Notes under the pieces: model-generated
Told to the model about the DNA's origin: nothing
Databases searched by the model: none
Seen by the model: only the letters and a program-made list of their open reading frames with translations
Position numbers and translations under genes: made by a program
In this document: piece after piece, positions 31,852-41,660 of the stretch
How positions within the stretch are numbered: the first letter of the stretch is position 1
Layout: every line of letters starts with the position of its first letter
NCBI GenBank assembly: GCA_963666215.2
Contig: CAXWPL010000005.1
Span: forward strand, 1,184,001-1,248,000
DNA length: 64,000 nt
Source: Acidobacteriota bacterium
GTDB taxonomy: Bacteria; Acidobacteriota; UBA890; WLXD01
Direction: 5' to 3'

Positions 31852-33383
31852 TCGCCCGATCGAAAGCGTACGCGTCGGTTCGTCGTCCCAACCTTCGTGG
31901 CGCGCTGATTGGCGTGGTGGCGGGCCTGGTAGGCGCCCTCCCGCTGCCCGCCAGCGCCCAGCAGATCGTGCGGCACCCGAGCGAGCTCGTGTATCCGGAG
32001 TTGTCGTTCGACCCGCCCGCTGCCGCCGATCATCGGCACGAGCTCTCGAACGGCGTCGCGGTGTTTGTCGTCGAAGATCACGATCTGCCGCTGATCAACA
32101 TCTCGCTACTGGTTCGCGGCGGGGCGTACACCGCCGCTGCGATGGCGACGCCAGGTGCCGCGACTCTTGCCGGCTCGCAGATCCGCAACGGCGGCACGGC
32201 CTCCAAGTCGCCGTCGGAGCTCGACGAGGATCTCGACTTTCTCGCGGCTCAGATGTTCACCAGTCTCGGCTCCACACAGGGCAGTGCCGGAATGAACTGC
32301 CTCACGAAGGACCTCGACGCATGTCTCGAGTTGTTCTTCGAGATGGTCCGCAACCCCGGGTACGACCAGGAGCGTCTCGAGCTCGCCAAGAGCCAGACTG
32401 TGCAGCAGATGCAACGGCGCAACGACGCGACGACGAGCATCGAGGGTCGTGAATGGAGCCGTCTGATCTACGGCACCGAACACTTCAGCACCAAAGCGGT
32501 GAACCAGGCCGAGCTCGAGGCGATCAGCCGCGAGGACCTGCTAGCCCTCCACGCTCAGACTTTCCACCCGGGCAACTTCGTCGTCGCCGTGTCGGGCGAC
32601 GTCGCAGCCGAACAGATCTTGCCGAAGCTCGAAGCCGCGATGGCCGATTGGCCGGCGGGCGAGTCTCCCGGACAGGTGCCCGGCCCGACAAGCGAGCTGC
32701 AGCCCGGCCTGTATCTGGTCCACAAGGAAGACGTCAACCAGGGGCGGATTTCTCTGGGCCATCGGACGATCACGCGCGACAACCCCGATCGCTACGCGCT
32801 GCAGATCATGAACAGCGTTCTCGGAGGCGGCGGCTTCACGTCGCGGATCATGTCGCGGGTGCGTTCCGACGAGGGGCTGGCCTACAGCGCGGGCTCACGG
32901 TACGGCGTTGGCACCCACTACGAAGGCGCGTTCCGTGCCGCTTTCCAGTCGCGGAGCGAGACCGTGGCCCGGGCAACCGCCCTCGTGCTGGAGGAGGTCG
33001 AGCGCATCCGCACGGAGCCCGTTACCGACGAGGAGCTGGCCAACGCCAAGGCGTCGTTCATCGACACCTTCAGCCGTTCGTTCGCCAGCGTCGGTCAGGT
33101 TGCAGGGCTGTTCGCCAACGACGAGCTCACCGGACGAGATACCGAGTACCTGGTGCACTATCGCGATCGTCTGCGCGCCGTGTCGGCCGCCGATGTGATG
33201 CGGGTTGCGCATGAGTACTTGCACCCCGAGGCACTGGTGATTCTGGCGGTCGGAAACGTCGACGACATGTTGGCGGGCGATCCGGAGAATCCAGAGTACA
33301 GCCTCGAGGCGCTGGCCCCGAACGGCAGCGTGACGCGCGTTTCGCTACCCGACCCGATGACGATGGAGTATCCGGAGCAGTAG
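31848..33383 (+). CDS. M16 peptidase-like partner subunit (no HXXEH)
   Basis: LSNGVAVFVVEDHDLPLI, NSVLGGGGFTSRIMSRVRSDEGLAYS; GTGA overlap with upstream gene. Confidence 0.9.
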   Translation: MIARSKAYASVRRPNLRGALIGVVAGLVGALPLPASAQQIVRHPSELVYPELSFDPPAAADHRHELSNGVAVFVVEDHDLPLINISLLVRGGAYTAAAMATPGAATLAGSQIRNGGTASKSPSELDEDLDFLAAQMFTSLGSTQGSAGMNCLTKDLDACLELFFEMVRNPGYDQERLELAKSQTVQQMQRRNDATTSIEGREWSRLIYGTEHFSTKAVNQAELEAISREDLLALHAQTFHPGNFVVAVSGDVAAEQILPKLEAAMADWPAGESPGQVPGPTSELQPGLYLVHKEDVNQGRISLGHRTITRDNPDRYALQIMNSVLGGGGFTSRIMSRVRSDEGLAYSAGSRYGVGTHYEGAFRAAFQSRSETVARATALVLEEVERIRTEPVTDEELANAKASFIDTFSRSFASVGQVAGLFANDELTGRDTEYLVHYRDRLRAVSAADVMRVAHEYLHPEALVILAVGNVDDMLAGDPENPEYSLEALAPNGSVTRVSLPDPMTMEYPEQ

Positions 33384-33393
33384 CGGGCTCGCG

Positions 33394-33418
33394 GGCGATC
33401 GGCGATCGGCGATCGGCG
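33394..33418. repeat. 7-bp tandem repeat (GGCGATC x3.5) between convergent genes
   Basis: GGCGATC GGCGATC GGCGATC GGCG. Confidence 0.75.
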
Positions 33419-33423
33419 TTTCG

Positions 33424-33828
33424 CTACAACAGCTCGCGGACGCTGTCGGGAGGGCGACCCATGATCGCTCGGCCGTCGGAGGCAACGACGATCGGGCGCT
33501 CGATCAATATCGGGTTGTCGACGAGGATCTGCAGCCATTCGCCTCGGTCGAGGTTGCGTTCGGCAAGGCGAAGGGCACGAGCGATCGGCTCGTTGAGCCT
33601 CGTGATGCCGCGAGGATCGCAGCCGAGAGCGCGAAGCGTGGCGTCGAGCTCGGCGATGCCCGGGGGATCTTCGAGATAGCGCCGGACGCGATAGAGGTCG
33701 TCCTCGGCAGCGCGTTCACCAGAAGAAGAATCGCCGCCGAGCACCGCGCCCGCGGCCTCGGCGCTGCGCAGGATCTCGAGCGTCGCTCGCGACTTGCTGC
33801 AGGCTGGGTTGTGCCAGATTTCTAACAT
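33424..33828 (-). CDS. ArsC/Spx-family (glutaredoxin-type) reductase
   Basis: HNPACSKSR, YLEDPP, NPILIERPIVV, GRPP. Confidence 0.88.
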   Translation of the reverse strand: MLEIWHNPACSKSRATLEILRSAEAAGAVLGGDSSSGERAAEDDLYRVRRYLEDPPGIAELDATLRALGCDPRGITRLNEPIARALRLAERNLDRGEWLQILVDNPILIERPIVVASDGRAIMGRPPDSVRELL

Positions 33829-33895
33829 CTTGACCGTCGACCACGCCGTGTCCCTGTCGTGGGCTGCTCAGCGTTCACCATGCCATACTCTGCCG

Positions 33896-35332
33896 ATGGC
33901 AAAGCGCAAGACAATCGCGGTCCTGGGAGGCGGCTCAGCCGGATTCACGGCGGCGCGGACGGCCTCGAACCTCGGCGCCGACGTCGTTTTTTGCATGGGC
34001 GACAACCACGCGCTGGCGTCGCTGTGTGTCAACCGTGGATGCATGCCATCGAAGGCGATGTTCCTGCCGATCGACACCATGCACCACGCCCGCGAACAGA
34101 AACATCTACGGGTTGAGGCCATCCGCCCGGAGGCCTATCTCGAGCAGATCGTTTCGTGGAAGGACCGCGAGATCGCCCGCTTCCGTGCCTATCGACAGAA
34201 GGCGATCCGCGACCACGAGAGCGACGATTTCCGCATCGTGCGTGCCAACGCCCGCTTCGTCGATGCCCACACACTGGAGGCAGGCGGGGAACGAATCACC
34301 TTCGACGCCGCGATCATCGCCACCGGTTCAGCGCCGGTGCTGCCGCCCATAGATGGATTGGCAGAGCTGCAGAACGACGTCTGGGACAACGACGCTCTCC
34401 TGTCGAATACGAGACTGCCGCAGTCGCTGGTGATGATCGGAGCCGGCGCCATCGGCCTCGAATTCGCGCTGCGATACGCACGGCTCGGGTGCGACGTAAC
34501 CGTAGTCGCGCGCTCGCGCCCGCTGTCGCGTTATCCCGAGCGCTTTGGACAACGCCTTGCCGAGATCTACGAGCACAACGGCGTTCGGATGCTGCTCGGT
34601 GCCAAAACGCTGGCGATCCGCCGCGATATCGAGGGCTGGTTCGTGATCGAGACGGAGACCAACGGACGCTTCGAGCCCGTGACGGGACAGGCGGTCGCAC
34701 TGGCGGTCGGCCGGCGACCGGCGCTCGAGGGACTCAATCTGCAAGCCGCGGGCGTCGAGCTCGACGAGCGCGGCCGCGTGCAGATTGGCGAGGACATGCG
34801 CACAGCGAGTCAGCCGCACATCTTTGCTGCCGGAGACGCGATTGGACGCCGCATGGTGGTGCATCAAGCGCACATCGAGGCGGGCATTGCGGGAGAGAAC
34901 GCCACCGACGAAGGCGACCGCGTGTGGCATCGTCGCGCCGACGTCCAGGTGGTCTACTCTGACCCGGAGTTCGCATACGTTGGCCTGACGCCCGAGGCTG
35001 CCGTGGCCGCGGGCCACCAGCTGGTGAGCGCGTCGAAGGAATCGCGGCTTGTCGGCAAGCTCCACCTCGGCGGAGACGACATGGGATTCGGCGAGTTCAT
35101 CGCCGATCGCAATTCAGACCGACTGCTCGGTGCCGGCCTGCTGTGCGAGGGGGCCAGCGACATGATCCACCTGCCCGGCTACGTGATCGATCACGAGCAC
35201 ACCGTGCACGACGCCGCCAGTGCCGAGTACTACCACCCGACACGCATCGAGATCGTCTCCGGCATCTTCGACGCTCTGTGCAAAGAGCTCGGTGGGCATC
35301 CATTCCGCCGTGCCGACCAGCGTAGTGGCTGA
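33896..35332 (+). CDS. Class I pyridine nucleotide-disulfide oxidoreductase (dihydrolipoamide dehydrogenase-like)
   Basis: GGGSAG, CVNRGCMPSK, IIATGS, IGAGAIGLE, IFAAGD, YHPTRIE. Confidence 0.9.
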   Translation: MAKRKTIAVLGGGSAGFTAARTASNLGADVVFCMGDNHALASLCVNRGCMPSKAMFLPIDTMHHAREQKHLRVEAIRPEAYLEQIVSWKDREIARFRAYRQKAIRDHESDDFRIVRANARFVDAHTLEAGGERITFDAAIIATGSAPVLPPIDGLAELQNDVWDNDALLSNTRLPQSLVMIGAGAIGLEFALRYARLGCDVTVVARSRPLSRYPERFGQRLAEIYEHNGVRMLLGAKTLAIRRDIEGWFVIETETNGRFEPVTGQAVALAVGRRPALEGLNLQAAGVELDERGRVQIGEDMRTASQPHIFAAGDAIGRRMVVHQAHIEAGIAGENATDEGDRVWHRRADVQVVYSDPEFAYVGLTPEAAVAAGHQLVSASKESRLVGKLHLGGDDMGFGEFIADRNSDRLLGAGLLCEGASDMIHLPGYVIDHEHTVHDAASAEYYHPTRIEIVSGIFDALCKELGGHPFRRADQRSG

Positions 35333-35390
35333 CGCTCGCGATCCGTCGATGCCTGGCCCTGGATCACGAGCCCCGGCTGGTGACGAAGCA

Positions 35391-35672
35391 ATGACCAACG
35401 GCACTCCCGAGCCGGCAAACGACACCCTGCAGGACGATCCGGTATTCGAGCGCCCGACTTTCATCCATCCGCAGTGGTCGGTGGGGATCGTCATCATGCT
35501 CGGATTGGTTTCGCTGCTGCTCGGCCTCGGCAACCCGCTTTGGCTCCTCGGAGGCAGTCCGTTCATCCTGACGCTGGCGGTGTGGGTTGTCGTCCGCGTC
35601 GTGCAGTGGCGACGGCGAGCTCGCGACCACGGCGACGGTGTCCTGGCAGACGAGCCGCGCCCGGACGTATAA
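35391..35672 (+). CDS. Small hypothetical membrane protein (2 TM)
   Basis: Two hydrophobic stretches; lies just downstream of the oxidoreductase; start uncertain. Confidence 0.55.
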   Translation: MTNGTPEPANDTLQDDPVFERPTFIHPQWSVGIVIMLGLVSLLLGLGNPLWLLGGSPFILTLAVWVVVRVVQWRRRARDHGDGVLADEPRPDV

Positions 35673-35810
35673 AGATAAGCACTAAGACCTCGATGCCGGT
35701 CGACGCTCTCGGAGATCGACTGGCAAATGCTTGCGGGAGGCCCCAGCAAGCGGTCGATTCCGCTCCTGATGGGGCACCGGATGACCGATCGCCAAACCCA
35801 AGGGGGAATC

Positions 35811-36485
35811 ATGCGCCAGCTTCTCAGTTTCTCGTTGCAGCGCCTTACGGCCGTCGTCACCGCCGCAGTCATCGTTGCCACAGCGCCGGTCTCGCTTGCT
35901 CTTGCGAGCTCGGCAAGTGCGTGGGGAGGGGGGATCGCTGCGCAATCGGCAGTTCCCACGGGTACCCACGCGACACTCCGTCTGTCGACGTGGCTGTCGT
36001 CGAAAAACGCGGCCGAGGGCGACACGTTCGAGGCTACCCTCAAAGAAGACATCACCTTGGAGGGCGAAGTGATCGTGCCCGCCGGCGTCACCTTCGTGGG
36101 GCGCGTGGCTGCGGTCGAACACGCAAAGCGGCCGAGCACGGCGGGCAAGCTGACGCTCGTCGTTGATGAGCTGCTCAGCGGCAACGGCTACTCCACGCCG
36201 GCTCTCGGAACCATTACGGGCCTCGAGGATGGAGAAGAGCTCGAGGGAGAGAGTCGAGACGCCGGCAAGGCCGCGAAGACCGGCGTGATTGGCGGCGTGC
36301 TCGGCGGTCTACTCGGCGGCGTGAAAGGAGCCCTGCTGGGCATCGTACTCGGAGCCGGCGGATCGCTGGCAGCGAGCAGCGGCGAGGACGTCGAGCTACC
36401 CGAGGGAACCTACCTGCAGGTCACTTTCGATCGTGAGGTCGATGTCACATGGACCTGGCGAGCCCAGGAGTCGAGCCAGCACTGA
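35811..36485 (+). CDS. Secreted hypothetical protein, TrbI/VirB10-like beta domain with glycine zipper
   Basis: LSSKNAAEGDTFEATL..VIVPAG..GRV; GGVLGGLLGGVKGALLG; GEDVELPEGT. Confidence 0.7.
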   Translation: MRQLLSFSLQRLTAVVTAAVIVATAPVSLALASSASAWGGGIAAQSAVPTGTHATLRLSTWLSSKNAAEGDTFEATLKEDITLEGEVIVPAGVTFVGRVAAVEHAKRPSTAGKLTLVVDELLSGNGYSTPALGTITGLEDGEELEGESRDAGKAAKTGVIGGVLGGLLGGVKGALLGIVLGAGGSLAASSGEDVELPEGTYLQVTFDREVDVTWTWRAQESSQH

Positions 36486-36575
36486 GCTGCGTTCGACGAA
36501 CGTCCTGGGCTGTTGGCTTGTCGAGGACCTGGTACGGCTTTGGCTGGCCGGGCTACAGAGCCAGAAAGCCCGAGG

Positions 36576-37568
36576 CTAGCTCTCCGACCGGAGCGCATCG
36601 AGGATCTGCTCGATCTCCGCCTTGGCTAGCTCGTCGGTCTCCTGTTCGAGAGAAGTCTCGAGTAGCTCGATGGCACGCTCGATATCTCCTTGGCGGATGT
36701 AGGCGAACCCGAGCGTCTTGTACGCCAGCGGGAAGACCGGCTGTAGCGCGATAGCGCGCTCGAGGATCTCGACCGCCTCCTCTGTCTGCCCCGACTGAAC
36801 CAGCAGGGTGCCGATGTTGTAGTGCGCCGCGGCGTCGTCCGGGGTGATCTCCAGCGCTCGCTTGAAGTGCTGTAGGGAAACCTCGTAGCCGCCATTCTTC
36901 GCGTAGCTCTCACCCAGACCGAGATGCGCATCGGTGCTTTCCATGTCGATCGAGAGTGCGGCGTTGTAGGCATCGACCGCATCCGTCGTGTTCCCGAGCT
37001 CGAGACTGCAGGCGCCGATGACGTTGTTGGCGCTCACGAGCATCTGGCGCACCTCCGGCTCTTCGCGCCCAGCGAGTCCCGCGACCACTTCACGCATCAG
37101 CGCGATCGCGCCGGCGGGGTCGCCACCGCGGTAGGCCTCGAAGGCGGCCGTGTACGTCGCATTCAACGCGCCGGCGGCCTCTACTGCGGCCGCGGCGGCG
37201 ATCGCCTCTTCGCTGAGTCCCGGGTCGGGGGTCAATTGGAGATCGACCGTGTTGGTGCCGAAGGAGAGACGCACTTGGCTCTTGAAGAGCAGGAAGCCTG
37301 CGGCCTCGACCTGAAAAACGTACGTGCCGTTGCGAAGCCCGCGCTTGAAATACTCGCCCTTACTATTCGTGACCGCGTCGATGACAGAGCCACGATCGAC
37401 CGACGTGATGACCACCTTGGCGTCGGCAATGGGCTCGCCGTCGGGCGTCGTGATCTTCCCGACGACGCGCGAATCACTCCGCTGCGCCGCCGCGGCGTCG
37501 TTGCATACAAGTGCCAGTACGATGCAGGCGGCGACTGTCAGGCCGCGCAGGTAATCATGTTTGCGCAC
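36576..37568 (-). CDS. Secreted TPR protein with carboxypeptidase-regulatory-like N-domain
   Basis: GKITTPDGEPIADAKV..TNSKGEY; TPRs AHLGLG, AHYNIG, AYKTLG. Confidence 0.85.
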   Translation of the reverse strand: MRKHDYLRGLTVAACIVLALVCNDAAAAQRSDSRVVGKITTPDGEPIADAKVVITSVDRGSVIDAVTNSKGEYFKRGLRNGTYVFQVEAAGFLLFKSQVRLSFGTNTVDLQLTPDPGLSEEAIAAAAAVEAAGALNATYTAAFEAYRGGDPAGAIALMREVVAGLAGREEPEVRQMLVSANNVIGACSLELGNTTDAVDAYNAALSIDMESTDAHLGLGESYAKNGGYEVSLQHFKRALEITPDDAAAHYNIGTLLVQSGQTEEAVEILERAIALQPVFPLAYKTLGFAYIRQGDIERAIELLETSLEQETDELAKAEIEQILDALRSES

Positions 37569-37596
37569 AGCGGCACAGCGCGTTCCCCGTTCCGGG

Positions 37597-38577
37597 CTAG
37601 CCCCAGGGCAAGAAGGCCTGGATCTGCTCGTCCATGCGTGTGTTCTGACCGAACGTGAATTCCGTCATGCAGGCATCATCGGTGTAGTTCATGTAGTTCT
37701 CGATCGGATCGGCCGATCCGCACGACCTCTTGGCCGAGCATCCGAAGTTAGGAGTCTTCTGCGAAGGGGTGTCGTCAACCTTGTCACCCTTTCCACCACA
37801 GCCGCCCTGAAAAGTGTGATCGAGGCCAAGACTGTGGCCGACCTCGTGCGTCCCGGTATGCCCTTCATCGAACGGAGCCGCCGGCCCCTTGGGCGTCGAG
37901 GACCAAAGCACAACCGCACCGAAGAGATAGGTTCCTTCAACGCCCGAGACAGGAAGGTAGGCGTAGCCGAGCAAGCCGCCGCCGGGGTCGCAGAACCAGA
38001 AGTTGAGGAACTCGTCAGGATCGCTAGCCGTGGCTTTCTTCATTTCGTCCTCTGCCGCGAAGCCGCCGCAGCCGCGGAACCAGTCGTCGTTCTCGGTAAA
38101 GTCAACGCCGCCGAACTTGAGGACGATCTTCGGGTCCGACGCTGTCTTGGCGTCTGGCTCCACGCCTGCCTTCGGCTTCCTGAACGCTTTCTTCATGGCC
38201 TTGTGCTGCTTCTTGACCTGTTTCTTGCGCAGCTTGCCCTCGTCTTTGTCTCCGTACACGACGTGGTAGGCGATGCGGACCTTGATCTTGCGAGCCAACT
38301 CGAGACTGCCGGACTCGCGCAGGGCGTCGATGCGCGTGTCCGCGGCGGCCTGCTGAACCGGCGTCAAGCCCTCGGTGCCGCAACGCGCAGCCTGGTTCAC
38401 CTCCCCGAAGACGTTCGCGAAGATGACGTCAGGCTCGAGGCCAAGACGATATTCGCTGGCCCGTTTCGCGGCCGCCCGAGGGTCGGCGCGTTCCTGGGCG
38501 GTCAGGGTCACGGTTGCGACAATTGCGCACGGCAACGCGGCGGCGAGGAAAATCCCTGCACGGGAGCAGCTCTGCAT
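37597..38577 (-). CDS. M43 (pappalysin/ulilysin-type) zinc metalloprotease
   Basis: LLGYAYLP, HEVGHSLGLDHTF, DKVDDTP, ENYMNYTDDACM. Confidence 0.92.
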   Translation of the reverse strand: MQSCSRAGIFLAAALPCAIVATVTLTAQERADPRAAAKRASEYRLGLEPDVIFANVFGEVNQAARCGTEGLTPVQQAAADTRIDALRESGSLELARKIKVRIAYHVVYGDKDEGKLRKKQVKKQHKAMKKAFRKPKAGVEPDAKTASDPKIVLKFGGVDFTENDDWFRGCGGFAAEDEMKKATASDPDEFLNFWFCDPGGGLLGYAYLPVSGVEGTYLFGAVVLWSSTPKGPAAPFDEGHTGTHEVGHSLGLDHTFQGGCGGKGDKVDDTPSQKTPNFGCSAKRSCGSADPIENYMNYTDDACMTEFTFGQNTRMDEQIQAFLPWG

Positions 38578-38733
38578 ATCTCGGACTCCAACAGCGCCCT
38601 GGGCGCTCCTGCGACGGGGTCGGCGGCCGAGTTGAACATAACCGCGTGCCTGGCCGCTGTCTACCGCCTTTCAGCTCGAGATCGGGAGCTGGCGGACGGC
38701 AGCAGGCGGAAATGCTCACCACTGCGTGCCCGG

Positions 38734-39687
38734 CTACCGCCCCGACTGAGCCAGCAGCTCCGGCACGGTGGCGAAATCGAACCCCTCGCGCGACAGATAA
38801 CCGATCATCCAGCGCGTCGCTGCAACCGTTCGGCTGCGGTCACCGCCTCCATCGTGCAGCAGCACAATCGAGCCGGGCCGAACACGACGGATCGTCTGCG
38901 TGGCTACTCGCAGCGCTGATGTCGACGAGCTCCAGTCGCGCACCTCGACGTCCCACATCACCAACAGATGACCGGCTCGTGACGCCACACCCGCCGGCCC
39001 ACGCAGCGTGGAGCTCATGGCGCCGTACGGTGGCCGCAACAGGTGCGGGCGAACGCCCGTGGCGGCACGGATCGCCCAGTCGGTTCTCGCGATCTCGTCG
39101 AACGCTGCGCTGGCGCCGAGTGTCGGCAGGGACCGGTGGGTGAACGAGTGGTTGCCGATCCCGTGGCCCTCCCGGAGCATGCGGCGGACCAGGCCGGGAT
39201 GCCGCTCGACGTTCTCGCCCACCAGGAAGAACGTAGCATGTACGCCGAAGTCGCGGAGGATGTCGAGCACCTGACTGGTGTACGGCTCGCGTGGTCCGTC
39301 GTCGAACGTGAGAGCCACAACCTGCCGCGAGACTGGTACCCGTTCGACGACATCACCGTAGCCGTATGTGGAGCTCGACCGCGGCGCGGGACTCGCCGCG
39401 TCGGGCGACCCCAGCGTCGTCCAGACCGACCTGCGCGGGTTTAATGACGCCGGCGCCGGGCGCCGCGCCACGGGGCCGCGCGAGGCTTGACGTTGCTGGG
39501 CCGAATGCACCACAGCAGGAAGGCAGACCGTCAAGAGCAGCACCGCGAGCGGCCCATGCCCTCGATCCCGCGCGCTCAGGCTCGCCTCGACGGCGAATGC
39601 GCGTCTCCAGCATCCCAACAACCCCGGCCCCAGGCTCGAGACTGGTCGAGGAACGGAATTATCAGACGCCCGGCGACCGCAGCGCAA
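38734..39687 (-). CDS. Polysaccharide deacetylase (CE4/NodB)
   Basis: ALTFDDGP, ATFFLVG, GNHSFTH, LRPPYG, IVLLHDGG; start uncertain. Confidence 0.9.
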   Translation of the reverse strand: MRCGRRASDNSVPRPVSSLGPGLLGCWRRAFAVEASLSARDRGHGPLAVLLLTVCLPAVVHSAQQRQASRGPVARRPAPASLNPRRSVWTTLGSPDAASPAPRSSSTYGYGDVVERVPVSRQVVALTFDDGPREPYTSQVLDILRDFGVHATFFLVGENVERHPGLVRRMLREGHGIGNHSFTHRSLPTLGASAAFDEIARTDWAIRAATGVRPHLLRPPYGAMSSTLRGPAGVASRAGHLLVMWDVEVRDWSSSTSALRVATQTIRRVRPGSIVLLHDGGGDRSRTVAATRWMIGYLSREGFDFATVPELLAQSGR

Positions 39688-39717
39688 GGGGTGGGTCGGG
39701 GTGGGTCGGGGCGGGTC
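39688..39717 (+). repeat. G-rich 10-bp tandem repeat x3
   Basis: GGGGTGGGTC GGGGTGGGTC GGGGCGGGTC. Confidence 0.75.
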
Positions 39718-39796
39718 AAGCTACCAGACGCGCGTGACGACCGCGGCGTCCGGCGCCATGGAAGGGCACGGTGGTTCTACCCCGAGTGACCACAAC

Positions 39797-40489
39797 TCAG
39801 CCCGCGACCGGCTTCCATGCCTGCTTGCGGCAGATGAACATCCGATCTTCACGATGGAACGACGGCACCAGCGCGTCGTCCCGCCGGAAGACCATCACCT
39901 CGCGCTCGATGCGGAAATGGCGTTCGAGGAGCTCACGAGCCGTGGCGCGGGTGTAGTGGTACGGGTGCGCGTCTTCGCGGACGAACGGCAGGAACCTGTC
40001 AACCCCGCGGCGCAGAGTGGCGATGAAAGGAGAGTGCAGAAACAGGCCCAGCAGGAAGGCACCGTCCGGCTTCATGACTCGGTTCACCTCGGAGAGCACG
40101 GAGTCGGGATCGACCATGTGGTCGAGCGAGTTCACCGACATGACCACATCGAAGCTGCCGTCCTCTTTCGGCACCTCCTCGGCTCTTGCGCAAATCAGCT
40201 CCGCGTCGGGCAGCGTGTCGGCGTATATCTCGCGATACGCGTCCATCAAGGGGTCCAGAAACACCTTTGTACGGAACGGAAACATGCGGCCGGCGCAGGT
40301 GGGACCACAACCGATGTCGAGCAAGGCAGCGTCGACAGGAAACTCCGCCGCAAGCTTGTCAATGACCGGCTTGTAGCGATCGGTCACCCGCTCGACCTGG
40401 GACGCAATAACCCCGTCGCGCCGCCAGTAGTCCTCTTCCTTCGTTTGCGCCGCTTCCCAGCGCTCGACCTGCTGTTCTGTGACGGCCAT
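39797..40489 (-). CDS. Class I SAM-dependent methyltransferase
   Basis: LLDIGCGP, AEEVPKEDGSFDVV..NSLDH, EVNRVMKPDG. Confidence 0.88.
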   Translation of the reverse strand: MAVTEQQVERWEAAQTKEEDYWRRDGVIASQVERVTDRYKPVIDKLAAEFPVDAALLDIGCGPTCAGRMFPFRTKVFLDPLMDAYREIYADTLPDAELICARAEEVPKEDGSFDVVMSVNSLDHMVDPDSVLSEVNRVMKPDGAFLLGLFLHSPFIATLRRGVDRFLPFVREDAHPYHYTRATARELLERHFRIEREVMVFRRDDALVPSFHREDRMFICRKQAWKPVAG

Positions 40490-40672
40490 GCGGTCTCCGC
40501 AGAGCAACGGTAGGTGCGTAGCCAATCACTCTGGACTACGCGCGCCACCGAGAGAGAATCTCGACAGCGCTTCTCATGGAAGGAAAGGGTCCGGGAAAGA
40601 TCGCCATCTTAATCCTCCACGGCGCCAGCTGCCGGCCCACCTCGGGCGCAAGCGGCTGGAGGAATCGAGTGG

Positions 40673-41590
40673 TTAGTCCGGCAGGCGATCGAGAAAGGCG
40701 TTGACGACGCGCCCGGTTTCGCGAGGCCGTTCCACCCAGGGGTTGTGGCCGGCACGGTTGATGATGGCGAGCTCCGACGAACGGATCAGCCGATGAATCC
40801 GCTCCGACTCCGAAGGAGGTGTGACCGGGTCATGCGCGGCCGCCACGATCAGCGCCGGCACGTCGACGTCTCGTAGACCTTCCTCCACCCACACCTCCCT
40901 CTCTCGTGGCATGCCGCGAAGGGCGTCGGTCGACGGCAACGCCGAGCGGCCGAGCTGCCGCTGAAAGCGGGTCAGCGCGTCGAGATCGAAGAAGCTCGCC
41001 GCCATTCGCCGTCGTAGCCAGCGGGCCAGCTCGCGATCGTTCGCTACGTCGTCGACGCTGAGTGCCTCCCCGGCGCGAACCAGCTCGACGGCCTGTTCGC
41101 GCTGTGGGCCGGCGGGCAAGCTGTCGAGAATGGCGTCGCGGTCGGCGGCCGCAGCACGATTTCGCAACGCTGTTGTGAGCACAATCAAGGCCCGCAGTCG
41201 GCGTGGGTGCCGCACCGCGTAGGCCATCGCTACGAAGCCGCCGTGCGAATGCCCCACCACAACGAAGCGCTCGATGTCGAAGTGCCGGCGAACGCACTCC
41301 AGATCTTCAACGAGGCGGCTCGCCGCCTGTGACCGCGGCGCGGGCGAGCGCGTTGACTTCCCTGTGTTGCGCGGGTCGAAGGTCACGACACGTAGCCGAT
41401 CGACCAGCAGCGGTGCCAGCGTCAGGCGCAGGTAGTCGCTCGATGGACCCCACGCCGGTGCTTGCACAATGGCGGCCGGCGCGGAATCGGATCCACGCGA
41501 CCATGCGGCGAGGCGATGGCCGTCAGCACCCTCAACGCTGGCGGGCTCGAAGGACTCGGGAACGCCGCCTTCCCGGAGCGTGGACGACAA
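40673..41590 (-). CDS. Alpha/beta hydrolase (proline iminopeptidase-like)
   Basis: FDPRNTGKS, GHSHGG, HDPVT, AGHNPWVE; start uncertain (TTG at 41590). Confidence 0.85.
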   Translation of the reverse strand: MSSTLREGGVPESFEPASVEGADGHRLAAWSRGSDSAPAAIVQAPAWGPSSDYLRLTLAPLLVDRLRVVTFDPRNTGKSTRSPAPRSQAASRLVEDLECVRRHFDIERFVVVGHSHGGFVAMAYAVRHPRRLRALIVLTTALRNRAAAADRDAILDSLPAGPQREQAVELVRAGEALSVDDVANDRELARWLRRRMAASFFDLDALTRFQRQLGRSALPSTDALRGMPREREVWVEEGLRDVDVPALIVAAAHDPVTPPSESERIHRLIRSSELAIINRAGHNPWVERPRETGRVVNAFLDRLPD

Positions 41591-41660
41591 AGCTGCCGCT
41601 ACCCTTCCCGCCCGCAGCAACAGGCGATCGACACACGCTGGTTCCGCTCGCTCGTTGTCT

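Noticed and set aside
35721-35734. Sigma-54-like motif TGGCAAATGCTTGC upstream of the VirB10-like gene
   Set aside because: GG-to-GC spacing is one base short of the strict -24/-12 requirement, unless the A-run is miscalled
35811-36485. Type IV secretion or conjugation locus suggested by the VirB10-like domain
   Set aside because: No other T4SS, relaxase or coupling-protein genes in the window
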